A stretch of 33,793 nucleotides of DNA from contig JBHELP010000127.1 of the NCBI GenBank assembly GCA_046263035.1, positions 1 to 33,793 on the forward strand, read 5' to 3'. The DNA is from Candidatus Dormibacteria bacterium (lineage in GTDB: Bacteria > Chloroflexota > Dormibacteria > Aeolococcales > Aeolococcaceae). A model generated the notes under the pieces. The model worked only from the letters and a program-made list of their open reading frames with translations. It was not told where the DNA came from and did not search any database. Shown piece after piece: positions 9,008 to 17,823 of this stretch (positions are counted from its first letter, which is position 1; each line of letters begins with the position of its first letter). The translations under genes were made by a program, and so were the position numbers.

Positions 9008-10638
9008 GCACCTCGTTGATCACCGTCAAGGACGTGTGGAGAGGCAGCCTACCCCCGGCCACGGAGCTGCTCGGGGGCGGCGAGGGCCTCGATCGCCGGG
9101 TCGAGTGGGCGACGGCCCTGCGGACACGGCCTCCGGCCTTCGATGCCATCAAGGGCGGTGAGCTGGCCTTCGTCCCGGTCAAGAGCATCCGTCTGCTTGA
9201 TGACCGTCTCGATCTCGCTCAGGTGATGACCAGCCTGGCCGAGAAGGGCGGGGTGGCGGTGGCGGTGGTCGGAGACGTCTCGCCACAGAGCCTCGAGGTC
9301 GCCGAGCGGCTGAGCCTGCCCCTGCTCCGCCTGCCCGCCTCCGTTCACGTCGCCGACGTGCAGCAGACCACCGTCCGCTTCATCCTCGAGCAGAGGACCC
9401 TTTTGCACGAGCGCGAGCAGACCCTGCACCGGCGGCTCATGGAGCTGGCCCTGTCGGGTGCCGGACCGGCGGCCATAGTCGATGAGGTCTCGAGAGCGGT
9501 CGGCGCGGTGGCGGCCTGGCAGGATGAAGATGGCTCGCTACGTCATCTCACCGACGCCGATGAGGTGCTGGGCCGGTGCCTGGCCGCCGACATGACGGAG
9601 GTCCGCGGCTGGAGCAGCCGGGTCGCTCTGACGGCGGCAGACCCCCCGGTGCGTGAATTCTCCCTCCTCCAGCTCTCCGACCGGAAGCGACTGGTGTCGC
9701 CGATCCCGGTCCGCGACGACATCGGCGGTTACCTGAGCATCGTCGGGCCCCAGGCCCATCTCGGTCATCTCGTCCGGCTGGCATGTGCCCGAGCAGCATC
9801 CGCATGTGCCATCGAGCTCGATCGCGAGCGGGCCGTGCTCAAGGCCAGGGATGACCTCGAGGGGGAGTTTCTCGACTCCCTTTTGACCGGGACCTTCTCG
9901 TCGGAGGAGGCGGTGCAGGAACGAGGCCGCCGGCTGGGATTCGATCTCGGGGGGCACGTCACGGTGCTGGCGGCGCGGGACGACAGCGCCATCGGGCAGC
10001 CGTGGGAGGAGGCGGCCCTCCATGCCGCCCGGGGATGGGTCCGCCGCCGAGCCTCGGCGGCCCTGGTGACCCTGCATCAGGGCGCCGTCTGCGCCATCAT
10101 TCCCTCGCCTGCCGATGGTCACGGCATGGTGGGGAGGCTGGCCCACGACCTCCGGTTGGAATGCGCTCAGGCGGCCGGCCGGCCGGGCCTCTCGGTCGGC
10201 GTGGGTCGGCCCAAGCCGGGTGTCACCGGTGTGCGCGCCTCCCATCGCGAGGCTGAGCAGGCGCTGACCCTGGGTCACCGCCTCTTCGGCGGCGGCCGGG
10301 TCCTGGATTTCGCTGATCTCGGTCTGCATCGGCTGCTCTTCGCACTCACCCAGCATGCCGAGCTCCTCGAGTTCCATGGCGACAACGTGGGGGGTCTGGA
10401 GGCCTACGACGAGCGCACAGGAGGGGCGCTGATGAAGACCCTGGACGCCTACTTCGCCTGCCACGGATCGCCCACCGAGATGGCGGAGCGCCTCCATCTG
10501 CACCGCAACACGGTCCTGTACCGGCTGGGACGGATCGAGGAGATCGGCCGTCTCAGCCTCAACGACCCGGCCACCCGACTAAACCTCCACCTCTGTCTGC
10601 GTGTTGGTGAGGTGATCCAGGCCGCCGGCCGCCCCTGA
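9004..10638 (+). CDS. PucR/CdaR-family transcriptional regulator
   Basis: GTGA overlap with the GS stop; N-terminal PucR domain (LLGGGEGLDRRVEW, GGEL), central GAF-like and GGDEF-like regions, C-terminal HTH AERLHLHRNTVLYRL. Confidence 0.92.
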   Translation: MSTSLITVKDVWRGSLPPATELLGGGEGLDRRVEWATALRTRPPAFDAIKGGELAFVPVKSIRLLDDRLDLAQVMTSLAEKGGVAVAVVGDVSPQSLEVAERLSLPLLRLPASVHVADVQQTTVRFILEQRTLLHEREQTLHRRLMELALSGAGPAAIVDEVSRAVGAVAAWQDEDGSLRHLTDADEVLGRCLAADMTEVRGWSSRVALTAADPPVREFSLLQLSDRKRLVSPIPVRDDIGGYLSIVGPQAHLGHLVRLACARAASACAIELDRERAVLKARDDLEGEFLDSLLTGTFSSEEAVQERGRRLGFDLGGHVTVLAARDDSAIGQPWEEAALHAARGWVRRRASAALVTLHQGAVCAIIPSPADGHGMVGRLAHDLRLECAQAAGRPGLSVGVGRPKPGVTGVRASHREAEQALTLGHRLFGGGRVLDFADLGLHRLLFALTQHAELLEFHGDNVGGLEAYDERTGGALMKTLDAYFACHGSPTEMAERLHLHRNTVLYRLGRIEEIGRLSLNDPATRLNLHLCLRVGEVIQAAGRP

Positions 10639-10661
10639 TCCGGGAGCGTCACCGCTGGTAC

Positions 10662-10740
10662 TTGGACTCGGCGCACAAGCTATGCGTTTGGGCTTTCGTG
10701 CGGAGCTGATCTGGCGGCCCTATCCATGCACCGCTACGCT
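10662..10740 (+). promoter_or_regulatory. Putative amtB-glnK promoter: box TTGGA-N7-CACAA (10662-10678), TCGTG half-site (10696), -10 TACGCT (10735-10740)
   Basis: 17-bp imperfect inverted repeat resembling PucR-family operators; same geometry as the glnA upstream region. Confidence 0.5.
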
Positions 10741-10794
10741 TGCCGCAGCCGGTGTTCCGCCGGCATCCACGTCTCGACCTTGAGGAGGAGCTCG

Positions 10795-12264
10795 GTGCAT
10801 CGAACAACCCGAATCAGGCTGGCACTGCTGCTGCCGGCCATGGCAGCCGTCCTACCCGTGACCGCCCTGGCCGCCGACGACAAGACCGCGAGCCAGGCCG
10901 CCGGTATTGCCGCCGACACGGTGTGGGTGGTCGTCGCCGGGCTCCTGGTCCTTTTCATGCAGGCCTGATTCGCCATGCTCGAGGTGGGTTTCACCCGCAT
11001 GAAGAACGTGGGCACGGTGGTGGCCAAGATCGTGGTCAACCTGAGCGTGGCCTCGGTCGTGTACTGGGCCGTGGGCTTCGGCATAGCCTTCGGCGCCGCC
11101 GACGCCAGCCTCTTTCACTTCATCGGCTGGAGCGGCTTCGCGCCCAGCTTCAGCCCCGGCTCCGCGCTGGATCTGCCGGCGCTGTCGGCGTCCACCGTCC
11201 CCGCCGCGGCGAAGTTCTTCTTCGAGTTCGTCTTCTGCGCCGTCTCCCTGGCCATTGTCTGGGGAACGATGCTGGAGCGCACCAAGTTCAGCGTCTACAT
11301 CCTCTTCGCGATTCCCTTCTGCGCCTTCATCTACCCGCTGATCAGCCATCAGCTCTTCGGCGGTGGCTGGCTGACATCGGCGGTGCACGCTCAGGACTTC
11401 GCGGGCTCAACGGTCGTCCACCTGACCGGTGCGACGGCCGGATTCGCAGGATTGCTTCTGCTCGGTCCCCGCATCGGCAAGTACGGCGCCGACAAGCGGC
11501 CCAACGCCATTCCAGGGCACAGCATGCCGCTGGCCCAGCTCGGTGTGATCATCCTCTGGTTCGGCTGGTTCGGCTTCAATCCCGGGTCGACCCTCAATGC
11601 CACCAACCTGCACTTCGCCGACGTGGTCGTCACCACCAACCTCGCCGCGGCCGCCGGCGCTCTTGCTGCTATGGGCGCCATCTACATGATGCAGCGCACC
11701 CTGGATGTCGGCATGATCGGCAACGGGGCCATCGCCGCGCTGGTGGCCATAACCGCCCCCTCCGGCTATGTGCAGCCGTGGGCCGCTCTGATAATCGGCG
11801 CGGTCGCCGGGATCATCGTGGTCTTTGGGGTGCTCGCCATCGACAAGTTGATAGACGATCCCATCGGCGCGCTCAGCGCTCACGGCCTGGCGGGGATCTG
11901 GGGCACGCTCTCCTGCGGGCTGTTCACCGACCCCCAATTCGCCACCCTCAACGGCATCGGCGACGGCGGGCTCTTCTACACGGGAAACCTCACCCAGCTC
12001 GGTCGTCAGGCGGTCGCGGTTGGGGCCAGCTTCGTCACCGTCTTCGTGCTCTCATTCCTGCTCTTCTGGGTGATCAAGCGGGTTGTCGGGCTTCGCGTCA
12101 GCCAGCGCGATGAGCTCGAGGGCCTGGACATCAGCGAGCACGGCATGTGGGGCTACCCCGAGCAGTTCATGCCCGTTCCCGGCGGGGCCTACATCCATCC
12201 CGACGCCATTGCCGAACCAGCACGCCGAACGGCCACCGCCGTCACCCCGGAGTACCGGGCATGA
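10795..12264 (+). pseudogene. amtB: Ammonium transporter Amt interrupted by one in-frame TGA at 10966-10968
   Basis: GAGGAGGAG RBS then GTG 10795; reads LVLFMQA*FAMLEVGFTR where the family has FMQAGFAMLE; DFAGSTVVH, WFGWFGFNPGS, DDP..SAHG and GLDISEHG intact. Confidence 0.85.
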
Positions 12265-12629
12265 AGAAGGTGGAGGCGATCATCCGGCCGGAGAGCCTGC
12301 AGGCTGTGCAGGACGCGCTCGACGTCCTCGGAGCTTCGGGGCTGACGGTCACCGAGGTTCACGGTTGCGGCACTCAGCGTGGCTACACCGAGACCTACAG
12401 GGGCGCCCGCGCCAACATCTCGCTCAAGCGCAAGGTCAAGATCGAGGCCGTGGTCGCCGACCCCGCCGTGGAGGGTGTTGTCGAGGCAATCTCCCGGGCG
12501 GCCAAGACGGGTGAGGTGGGCGACGGCAAGATCTTCGTCCTTCCCGTCGACGACGCGGTCCGCATCCGCACTGGGGAGCATGGCGAGGAGGTCGTCCGGC
12601 ACGTCGCCCCGGAGCATTGGGGGCATTAG
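12261..12629 (+). CDS. glnK: P-II family nitrogen regulator (GlnK/GlnB)
   Basis: MKKVEAIIRP, GCGTQRG..YRG, TGEVGDGKIFV, RIRTGE; ATGA overlap with amt. Confidence 0.93.
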   Translation: MKKVEAIIRPESLQAVQDALDVLGASGLTVTEVHGCGTQRGYTETYRGARANISLKRKVKIEAVVADPAVEGVVEAISRAAKTGEVGDGKIFVLPVDDAVRIRTGEHGEEVVRHVAPEHWGH

Positions 12630-12639
12630 CAGGCGGCTC

Positions 12640-12820
12640 ATCCCAGCACCGGCATCCTCCTCTTGGCAGGGGCGGGTCCCAGCGTGGGCCCGCCCCTGGA
12701 CCGGCACCCTCCTCCTGGCAACGGGTAGGGGCGGCCCCATGCGGGGACCGCCCCTGGACCGGCATCCTCCTCCTGGCACGGGCCCCCCGTCCCTGGACCC
12801 GCCCCTACCCGTGCCCTGGC
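12640..12820 (+). ncRNA. Candidate structured sRNA / 3'UTR element with three anti-SD (CCUCCUC) loops
   Basis: CCGG/YTGG stems close CAYCCTCCTC loops using G-U pairs possible only on the + strand; ends are approximate. Confidence 0.5.
12648..12778 (+). repeat. Three 21-nt direct repeats ACCGGCAYCCTCCTCYTGGCA separated by GC-rich hairpins
   Basis: Copies at 12648-12668, 12700-12720, 12758-12778; spacers of 31 and 37 nt both contain GGGGCGG...CCGCCCC stems. Confidence 0.9.
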
Positions 12821-12904
12821 CGGTTGTCCCCCGGCGGATAGATGGCTGCGCCCTGGCATGTGTCGCTCTCTGGTTTCCACGAGCGTTGGTAGACTCGGTG
12901 TGCG

Positions 12905-13207
12905 ATGACCTACACCGTCACCGAACCCTGCATCGACCTCAAGGACAAGTCATGCATCGACGTGTGTCCGGTCGACTGCATTCATGAGGCTGAGGAGGAC
13001 CGTATGGTCTTCATCGATCCAGAGGAGTGCATCGACTGCGGGGCATGTGTCGACCCCTGTCCGGTCGACGCCATCTTCGCCGAGGAGGACGTGCCGGCGG
13101 AGCAGGCACCGTTCGTCGAGATCAACAAGCAGTATTTCACCGACCGTGAGACAGCTCGGGAGAAGGTCATGAGCCTCAAGCCACCACCCGAGGTGCCGGT
13201 CGCCTGA
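12905..13207 (+). CDS. Ferredoxin, 7Fe ([3Fe-4S]+[4Fe-4S]) type
   Basis: [26 protein letters not shown] and [17 protein letters not shown]; extended -10-like TGGTAGACT at 12887-12895. Confidence 0.93.
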   Translation: MTYTVTEPCIDLKDKSCIDVCPVDCIHEAEEDRMVFIDPEECIDCGACVDPCPVDAIFAEEDVPAEQAPFVEINKQYFTDRETAREKVMSLKPPPEVPVA

Positions 13208-13217
13208 GCCGTCGCGT

Positions 13218-13297
13218 TTGTGCACCGGGTACAGGACGGCCGGGCGCGCTGTCGTCTCCCGGGCCCATGGAGGGCCGACCGCCGTACGCGCTAACCT
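13218..13297 (+). promoter_or_regulatory. Putative glnA promoter: box TTGTG-N7-TACAG (13218-13234), second box TCGTC-N7-CCCAT (13252-13268), -10 TAACCT (13292-13297)
   Basis: Box1-box2 offset 34 nt and box1 to -10 offset 74 nt, versus 34 and 73 nt upstream of amtB. Confidence 0.5.
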
Positions 13298-13410
13298 ATG
13301 CTGCCTCGGCCTGCTTCCGCAGTGGGCGTCACGTCATCAGCGTGAGCCCACTGTGGTCGAGCCACCCATCCCCCAGTCAGAGGCCGGAACGGCGTCGGTG
13401 AGGAGTACCA

Positions 13411-14904
13411 ATGGCAATCGATGAATCCGTAGCTGCCAAAGGGTCAATCGAGGTATCGACCATGTCACAGTCGACCAGCAAGGCTGCGCCGTCCCCGCGG
13501 GATGTCATCTCCCGGGCGGAGAACCACGGGGTCAAGATGGTCGACTTCCGCTTCACGGACCTGCCCGGCTCGTGGCAGCACTTCAGCATCCCCATAGAGG
13601 AGCTCAAGGAGTCGGTGTTCTCGGAGGGTATCGGTTTCGACGGCTCGAGCATCCGCGGCTTTCAGAAGATCCACGAGAGCGACATGCTTCTCTTCCCCGA
13701 CGCGGCGCGGGCCTTCCTGGATCCCTGCCTGGAGGTGCCCACGCTCGCCATCGTCTGTGACATCAGGGACCCGCTCACCCTCAAGCCCTACAGCCGGGAT
13801 CCCCGCTTCGTGGCCCGCAAGGCGGAGGAGTACCTCCGGTCCACCGGCGTGGCCGACACCTCCTACTGGGGTCCGGAGGTTGAGTTCTACATCTTCAACT
13901 CGATCCGGTTCGACCAGAACAGCCACGAGGGCTACTACTTCATCGACTCCGAGGAGGGCGTCTGGAACAGCGGCCAGAACACCGGTCCCAACCTGGGATT
14001 CCGCCCCCGGCACAAGGAGGGCTACTTTCCCGTCCCCCCCGTCGACAAGCAGCAGGACCTTCGCAGCCGCATCGTCCTCGACCTCATCGCGGCGGGGATC
14101 GACATCGAGGTCCACCACCACGAGGTGGGCACTGCCGGTCAGGCGGAGATCGACATGCGCTTCGACACCATGGTCACCATGGCGGACAAGGTGCTCATGT
14201 ACAAGTACATAGTCCGCAACGTCTGCTATCGCCATGGCTACACGGCGACCTTCATGCCCAAGCCACTCTTCGGTGACAACGGCAGCGGCATGCACACCCA
14301 CCAGTCGCTCTGGAAGGACGGCACCCCCCTCTTCTATGACAAGGAGGGATACGCGCTGCTCAGCGACACGGCTCGCTGGTACATCGGTGGACTCCTCGCC
14401 CATGCCCCGGCGGTGCTGGCCTTCGCTGCGCCCACCACCAACAGCTACCGTCGCCTCGTCCCCGGCTATGAGGCGCCCATAAAGCTTGCCTACAGCGCCC
14501 GGAACCGGAGCGCCTGCGTCCGGATCCCGACCTACAGTAACTCGCCGGCCGCCCGCCGGCTCGAGTTCCGCTCACCGGATCCCATGTGCAACCCCTATTA
14601 CGCCTTCTCGGCCATGTTGATGGCGGGCCTCGATGGTATCGCCAACAAGATCGAGCCGCAGAAGCCCATCGAGGCCGACCTCTACGAGCTTGAGGGCGAC
14701 GAGGCGACCGCCGTGAGGGATCTTCCGGGTTCGCTGCCGGAGGTGCTTGACGCGCTGGAGCGCGATCACGCCTTCCTCCTCCAGGGCGGTGTGTTCACCG
14801 AGGACGTCATCGAGACCTGGATTCAGTACAAGCGCGAGCGAGAGGTCGATCCCATAGCCCTGAGGCCCCACCCTCACGAGTTCCACCTCTACTACGATGC
14901 CTAG
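13411..14904 (+). CDS. glnA: Glutamine synthetase type I (GSI-beta)
   Basis: [17 protein letters not shown], beta insertion ([11 protein letters not shown]), [36 protein letters not shown], adenylylation-type DLYEL; alternative ATG at 13462. Confidence 0.96.
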   Translation: MAIDESVAAKGSIEVSTMSQSTSKAAPSPRDVISRAENHGVKMVDFRFTDLPGSWQHFSIPIEELKESVFSEGIGFDGSSIRGFQKIHESDMLLFPDAARAFLDPCLEVPTLAIVCDIRDPLTLKPYSRDPRFVARKAEEYLRSTGVADTSYWGPEVEFYIFNSIRFDQNSHEGYYFIDSEEGVWNSGQNTGPNLGFRPRHKEGYFPVPPVDKQQDLRSRIVLDLIAAGIDIEVHHHEVGTAGQAEIDMRFDTMVTMADKVLMYKYIVRNVCYRHGYTATFMPKPLFGDNGSGMHTHQSLWKDGTPLFYDKEGYALLSDTARWYIGGLLAHAPAVLAFAAPTTNSYRRLVPGYEAPIKLAYSARNRSACVRIPTYSNSPAARRLEFRSPDPMCNPYYAFSAMLMAGLDGIANKIEPQKPIEADLYELEGDEATAVRDLPGSLPEVLDALERDHAFLLQGGVFTEDVIETWIQYKREREVDPIALRPHPHEFHLYYDA

Positions 14905-15503
14905 GTGAGGATCAGATAGGTGTTGTGGAGCACGACGTAGGCCATGTAGCCGCTGCATGCCCAGCCGGTCACCAGGGCAACGTGCCGGGGCATGCGGGCC
15001 ACCGCTAGCATCATGACGATGACGGCGGCGACCTTCACCGCCACGAAGCCTGTACCCGGACCCATCAGGGTCATGATCTGGGCGGCCATCCGATTGCCCT
15101 CACGTAGACCGACGGCAGACCCGGTGAGGGTTGTCACCACGTCGAGAAGCTGGAGCACCGCGAAGCTGAGCAGGGCCACCGCCACCGCGCGATCCCGCAT
15201 CGACGCGTCGACACCGCCGGATGGCGGGCGGCCGGCGGCATCTGAGCCGGTCGTCAGCGACCGCCACACCCATTGGGCGACCGCCACAGGCGGCCTGGCC
15301 AGGAGGAGGACGGTGCTGATGCCCACCAGGCAGATGCCGCCCCCCCGAACCAACGGATCCGAGCCGGTGAGACCGAACACCCCGGCCGCGCCGGCGACCG
15401 CGCCGAGGATGAGAAAGCCCATGCCGAAGAGCACGATGACGACGTCAAGAGCGCCCTTGACCAGCTGATCCGTGGGAAGGACGCGCCCGCCGTCGCGGGG
15501 CAT
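14901..15503 (-). CDS. Membrane protein with DUF5658-like C-terminal domain
   Basis: GGAGG 9 nt before ATG 15503 (alternative ATG 15530 overlaps the dxs stop); LLDVVTT..G...EGN, K and HN pattern; about 5 TM helices. Confidence 0.6.
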   Translation of the reverse strand: MPRDGGRVLPTDQLVKGALDVVIVLFGMGFLILGAVAGAAGVFGLTGSDPLVRGGGICLVGISTVLLLARPPVAVAQWVWRSLTTGSDAAGRPPSGGVDASMRDRAVAVALLSFAVLQLLDVVTTLTGSAVGLREGNRMAAQIMTLMGPGTGFVAVKVAAVIVMMLAVARMPRHVALVTGWACSGYMAYVVLHNTYLILT

Positions 15504-15526
15504 GCCCCTCGTCCTCCCTTCCGCGA

Positions 15527-17431
15527 TCATCGTGCCAGCACCGAATGTCGGGGCACCAGCGACGACGCGACCTCGGCCACGGAGGCAGGGTCCAGTCCCA
15601 GCCGTGCCAGCAGCGCCGCCTGACCGCCATGCTCGATGAAGGCATCGGGAAGACCCAGCCGGCGGACCGGGACAACGATCCCTTCATCGCTCAGTAGCTC
15701 GGTCACCGCGGATCCGAACCCGCCGGTGGCAACACCATCCTCGAGGGTGACGACAGCTCCGTGCCGGGCTGTCACGGATGCCAGCCTCGGATCGAGTGGC
15801 TTGACGAACCGGGCGTCCACCACCGTTGCTCTCATACCTCTCGACGCCAGGAGATTCGCAGCCTCCCGGGCGACCGGCACCATCTTGCCGACCGCCAGGA
15901 GGGCCACCTCGCCGTCGCCCTCCCGCTCAACGTGCATCCGGCCGAGCTGAAGATCTCCGGCATCGCCGCCGCCGTTGTTGACGGCCGCCGGACCCTCTGG
16001 CACCGGAGCTGTCCCACGGGGGAAGCGCAGCGCGAAGGGACCATCGTGATGGAGACCGCAGACAAGCATTCGGCGCATCTCCTCAGGTGAGCTGGGGGCG
16101 CACAGCGTCATGCCCGGAACGCAGCGAAGATAGGCGAGATCGAGGGTGCCATGGTGGGAGGGACCGTCCTCCCCGGTGACGCCGGCCCGGTCGATGACGA
16201 AGACGACCGGCGCTCTGTGCAGGGCGGTGTCGCAGATCACCTGGTCAAAGGCTCGCTGGAGGAAGGTGGAGTAGATGCACACCACCGGCCTGAAACCCTG
16301 CATGGCGAGCGCGGTGGCAAAGGTGACCGCATGCTGCTCGGCGATGCCCACGTCGAAGAAGCGGTTGGGATAGCGTGCGGCGAAGGGAAGGAGACCGGTC
16401 GAGGATGCCATTGCGGCGGTGATGGCGACGATGCGCTCATCGGTGGCCGCGGCCTCCATGAGCGCCTCACCGAAGAGGTCGGTCCAGGATGCCGCCCTGG
16501 CCGTCCCCCTCCCGTTGCTGGGGTCGAAGCTGGCGACTCCGTGGAACCTGTCGATCTCGTCCCCGGTGGCCGGCTCATAGCCGTGGCCCTTGTCGGTGAC
16601 GACATGGACGATCACCGGGCCGCCGCGGTAGCGGGCGGCATCACGCAGGGCCCTCTCCACCGCTGCGACATCATGACCGTCGATGGGTCCCCCGTATTTC
16701 AGCCCCAGAGTCTCGAATATGGATGTGGGCGCCACCAATTGCTTGAGTGAGTTCTTCATCCGACGAGCGGCGTCGTAGGCGGAATCACCAACCATCGGCA
16801 GGCCCCGCAGCACGGATCCGGCAGCGCCCTTGGCCGCCTCGTAGGTGGGCGAAAGGCGGAGTTGGCCCAGATTCTCCGCCATCCCCCCCACCGTGGGGGC
16901 ATAGGATCGGCCGTTGTCGTTGAGCACGATCACCAGGTCGAGATCACTGTCGCCGATGTTGTTGAGAGCCTCGTAGGCGATGCCGCCCGTGAGCGCGCCA
17001 TCGCCGACGACGCAGACCACCTTCCCGCTCTCCCCCCGGATGGCGCGCGCCGTGGCCGTGCCGAGAGCGTGGCTCAGCCCGCCTGACGCGTGCGAGTTCT
17101 CGACCAGATCGTGATCGGACTCTCGCCGCGACGGATATCCGCTCAGGCCACCCTGCTGCCGGAGGCTCTCAAACAGCCCCAGGCGGCCGGTGAGCATCTT
17201 GTGCACGTAGGCCTGATGGCCCGTGTCGAAGATGATGGCATCCGAAGGGCTGTCGAAGACTCGGTGGAGGGCGACCGTCAGCTCGACCACGCCAAGGTTG
17301 GGCCCCAGGTGACCGCCCGTTCGTGACACGGCCGTCACCAGGAAATCGCGAATCTCGGCGCACAATGGTGCCAGCTCCGATTCATCCAGGCCTCGAAGAT
17401 CCGCAGGACTCGCGATAGCGTCGAGGACCAT
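15527..17431 (-). CDS. dxs: 1-deoxy-D-xylulose-5-phosphate synthase
   Basis: GGHLGPNLGVVELT, FDTGHQAYVHK, GDGALTGG..EALNN, DVGIAEQHA, DRAG..GEDGPSHHG. Confidence 0.97.
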   Translation of the reverse strand: MVLDAIASPADLRGLDESELAPLCAEIRDFLVTAVSRTGGHLGPNLGVVELTVALHRVFDSPSDAIIFDTGHQAYVHKMLTGRLGLFESLRQQGGLSGYPSRRESDHDLVENSHASGGLSHALGTATARAIRGESGKVVCVVGDGALTGGIAYEALNNIGDSDLDLVIVLNDNGRSYAPTVGGMAENLGQLRLSPTYEAAKGAAGSVLRGLPMVGDSAYDAARRMKNSLKQLVAPTSIFETLGLKYGGPIDGHDVAAVERALRDAARYRGGPVIVHVVTDKGHGYEPATGDEIDRFHGVASFDPSNGRGTARAASWTDLFGEALMEAAATDERIVAITAAMASSTGLLPFAARYPNRFFDVGIAEQHAVTFATALAMQGFRPVVCIYSTFLQRAFDQVICDTALHRAPVVFVIDRAGVTGEDGPSHHGTLDLAYLRCVPGMTLCAPSSPEEMRRMLVCGLHHDGPFALRFPRGTAPVPEGPAAVNNGGGDAGDLQLGRMHVEREGDGEVALLAVGKMVPVAREAANLLASRGMRATVVDARFVKPLDPRLASVTARHGAVVTLEDGVATGGFGSAVTELLSDEGIVVPVRRLGLPDAFIEHGGQAALLARLGLDPASVAEVASSLVPRHSVLAR

Positions 17432-17445
17432 CGTTCGAGTCTATC

Positions 17446-17823
17446 TCAGCCCAGCCCGATGATCACGGCCAGCAGCCAGACTGCGCCAACCGGGATGAGG
17501 ACGGCAAAGGGCACGACCGCAAAGACCACGAACGAGAAGACCAGCTGCTCATCGGGTACCCGCTCCGGATGCCGCTCCCTGGTCCTCAGGTCGAGGACGT
17601 ACCACAGCAGTCCTCCGGCGATAAACCCGGCGAGCAGTATGAGGATGCCGGCGAGGGCGCCGGCCACGCCGATCCGCTGCGGGCCACGGGTGAGGCGCCA
17701 GCCAGCCCCTGCCGTGAGTGACAGGAGTCCGCAGGAGACGAACCGCAGCAGCACCCCGGTCACCGAGCCCGCCGGTCGGCGTCTCGGGGCGCCGGTCCCC
17801 TTCCGGAATGACCGGTCAGGCAT
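17446..17823 (-). CDS. Hypothetical membrane protein (about 3 TM)
   Basis: TGATG overlap with the upstream ATPase; three hydrophobic stretches; fills the gap to dxs. Confidence 0.6.
   Translation of the reverse strand: MPDRSFRKGTGAPRRRPAGSVTGVLLRFVSCGLLSLTAGAGWRLTRGPQRIGVAGALAGILILLAGFIAGGLLWYVLDLRTRERHPERVPDEQLVFSFVVFAVVPFAVLIPVGAVWLLAVIIGLG

Noticed and set aside
10966-10968. Selenocysteine codon or genome-wide TGA recoding
   Set aside because: The position is a conserved TM Gly, not a Cys site, and most genes in the window end in TGA at their expected C-termini
12648-12778. Mini CRISPR array (3 repeats, spacers of 31 and 37 nt)
   Set aside because: Spacers resemble each other and are hairpins, the repeat is only 21 nt, and there is no AT-rich leader or cas gene in the window
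12648-12778. CsrB/RsmZ-like GGA-repeat RNA on the minus strand
   Set aside because: The closing stems need G-U pairs that become A-C mismatches on the minus strand; less favoured, not excluded
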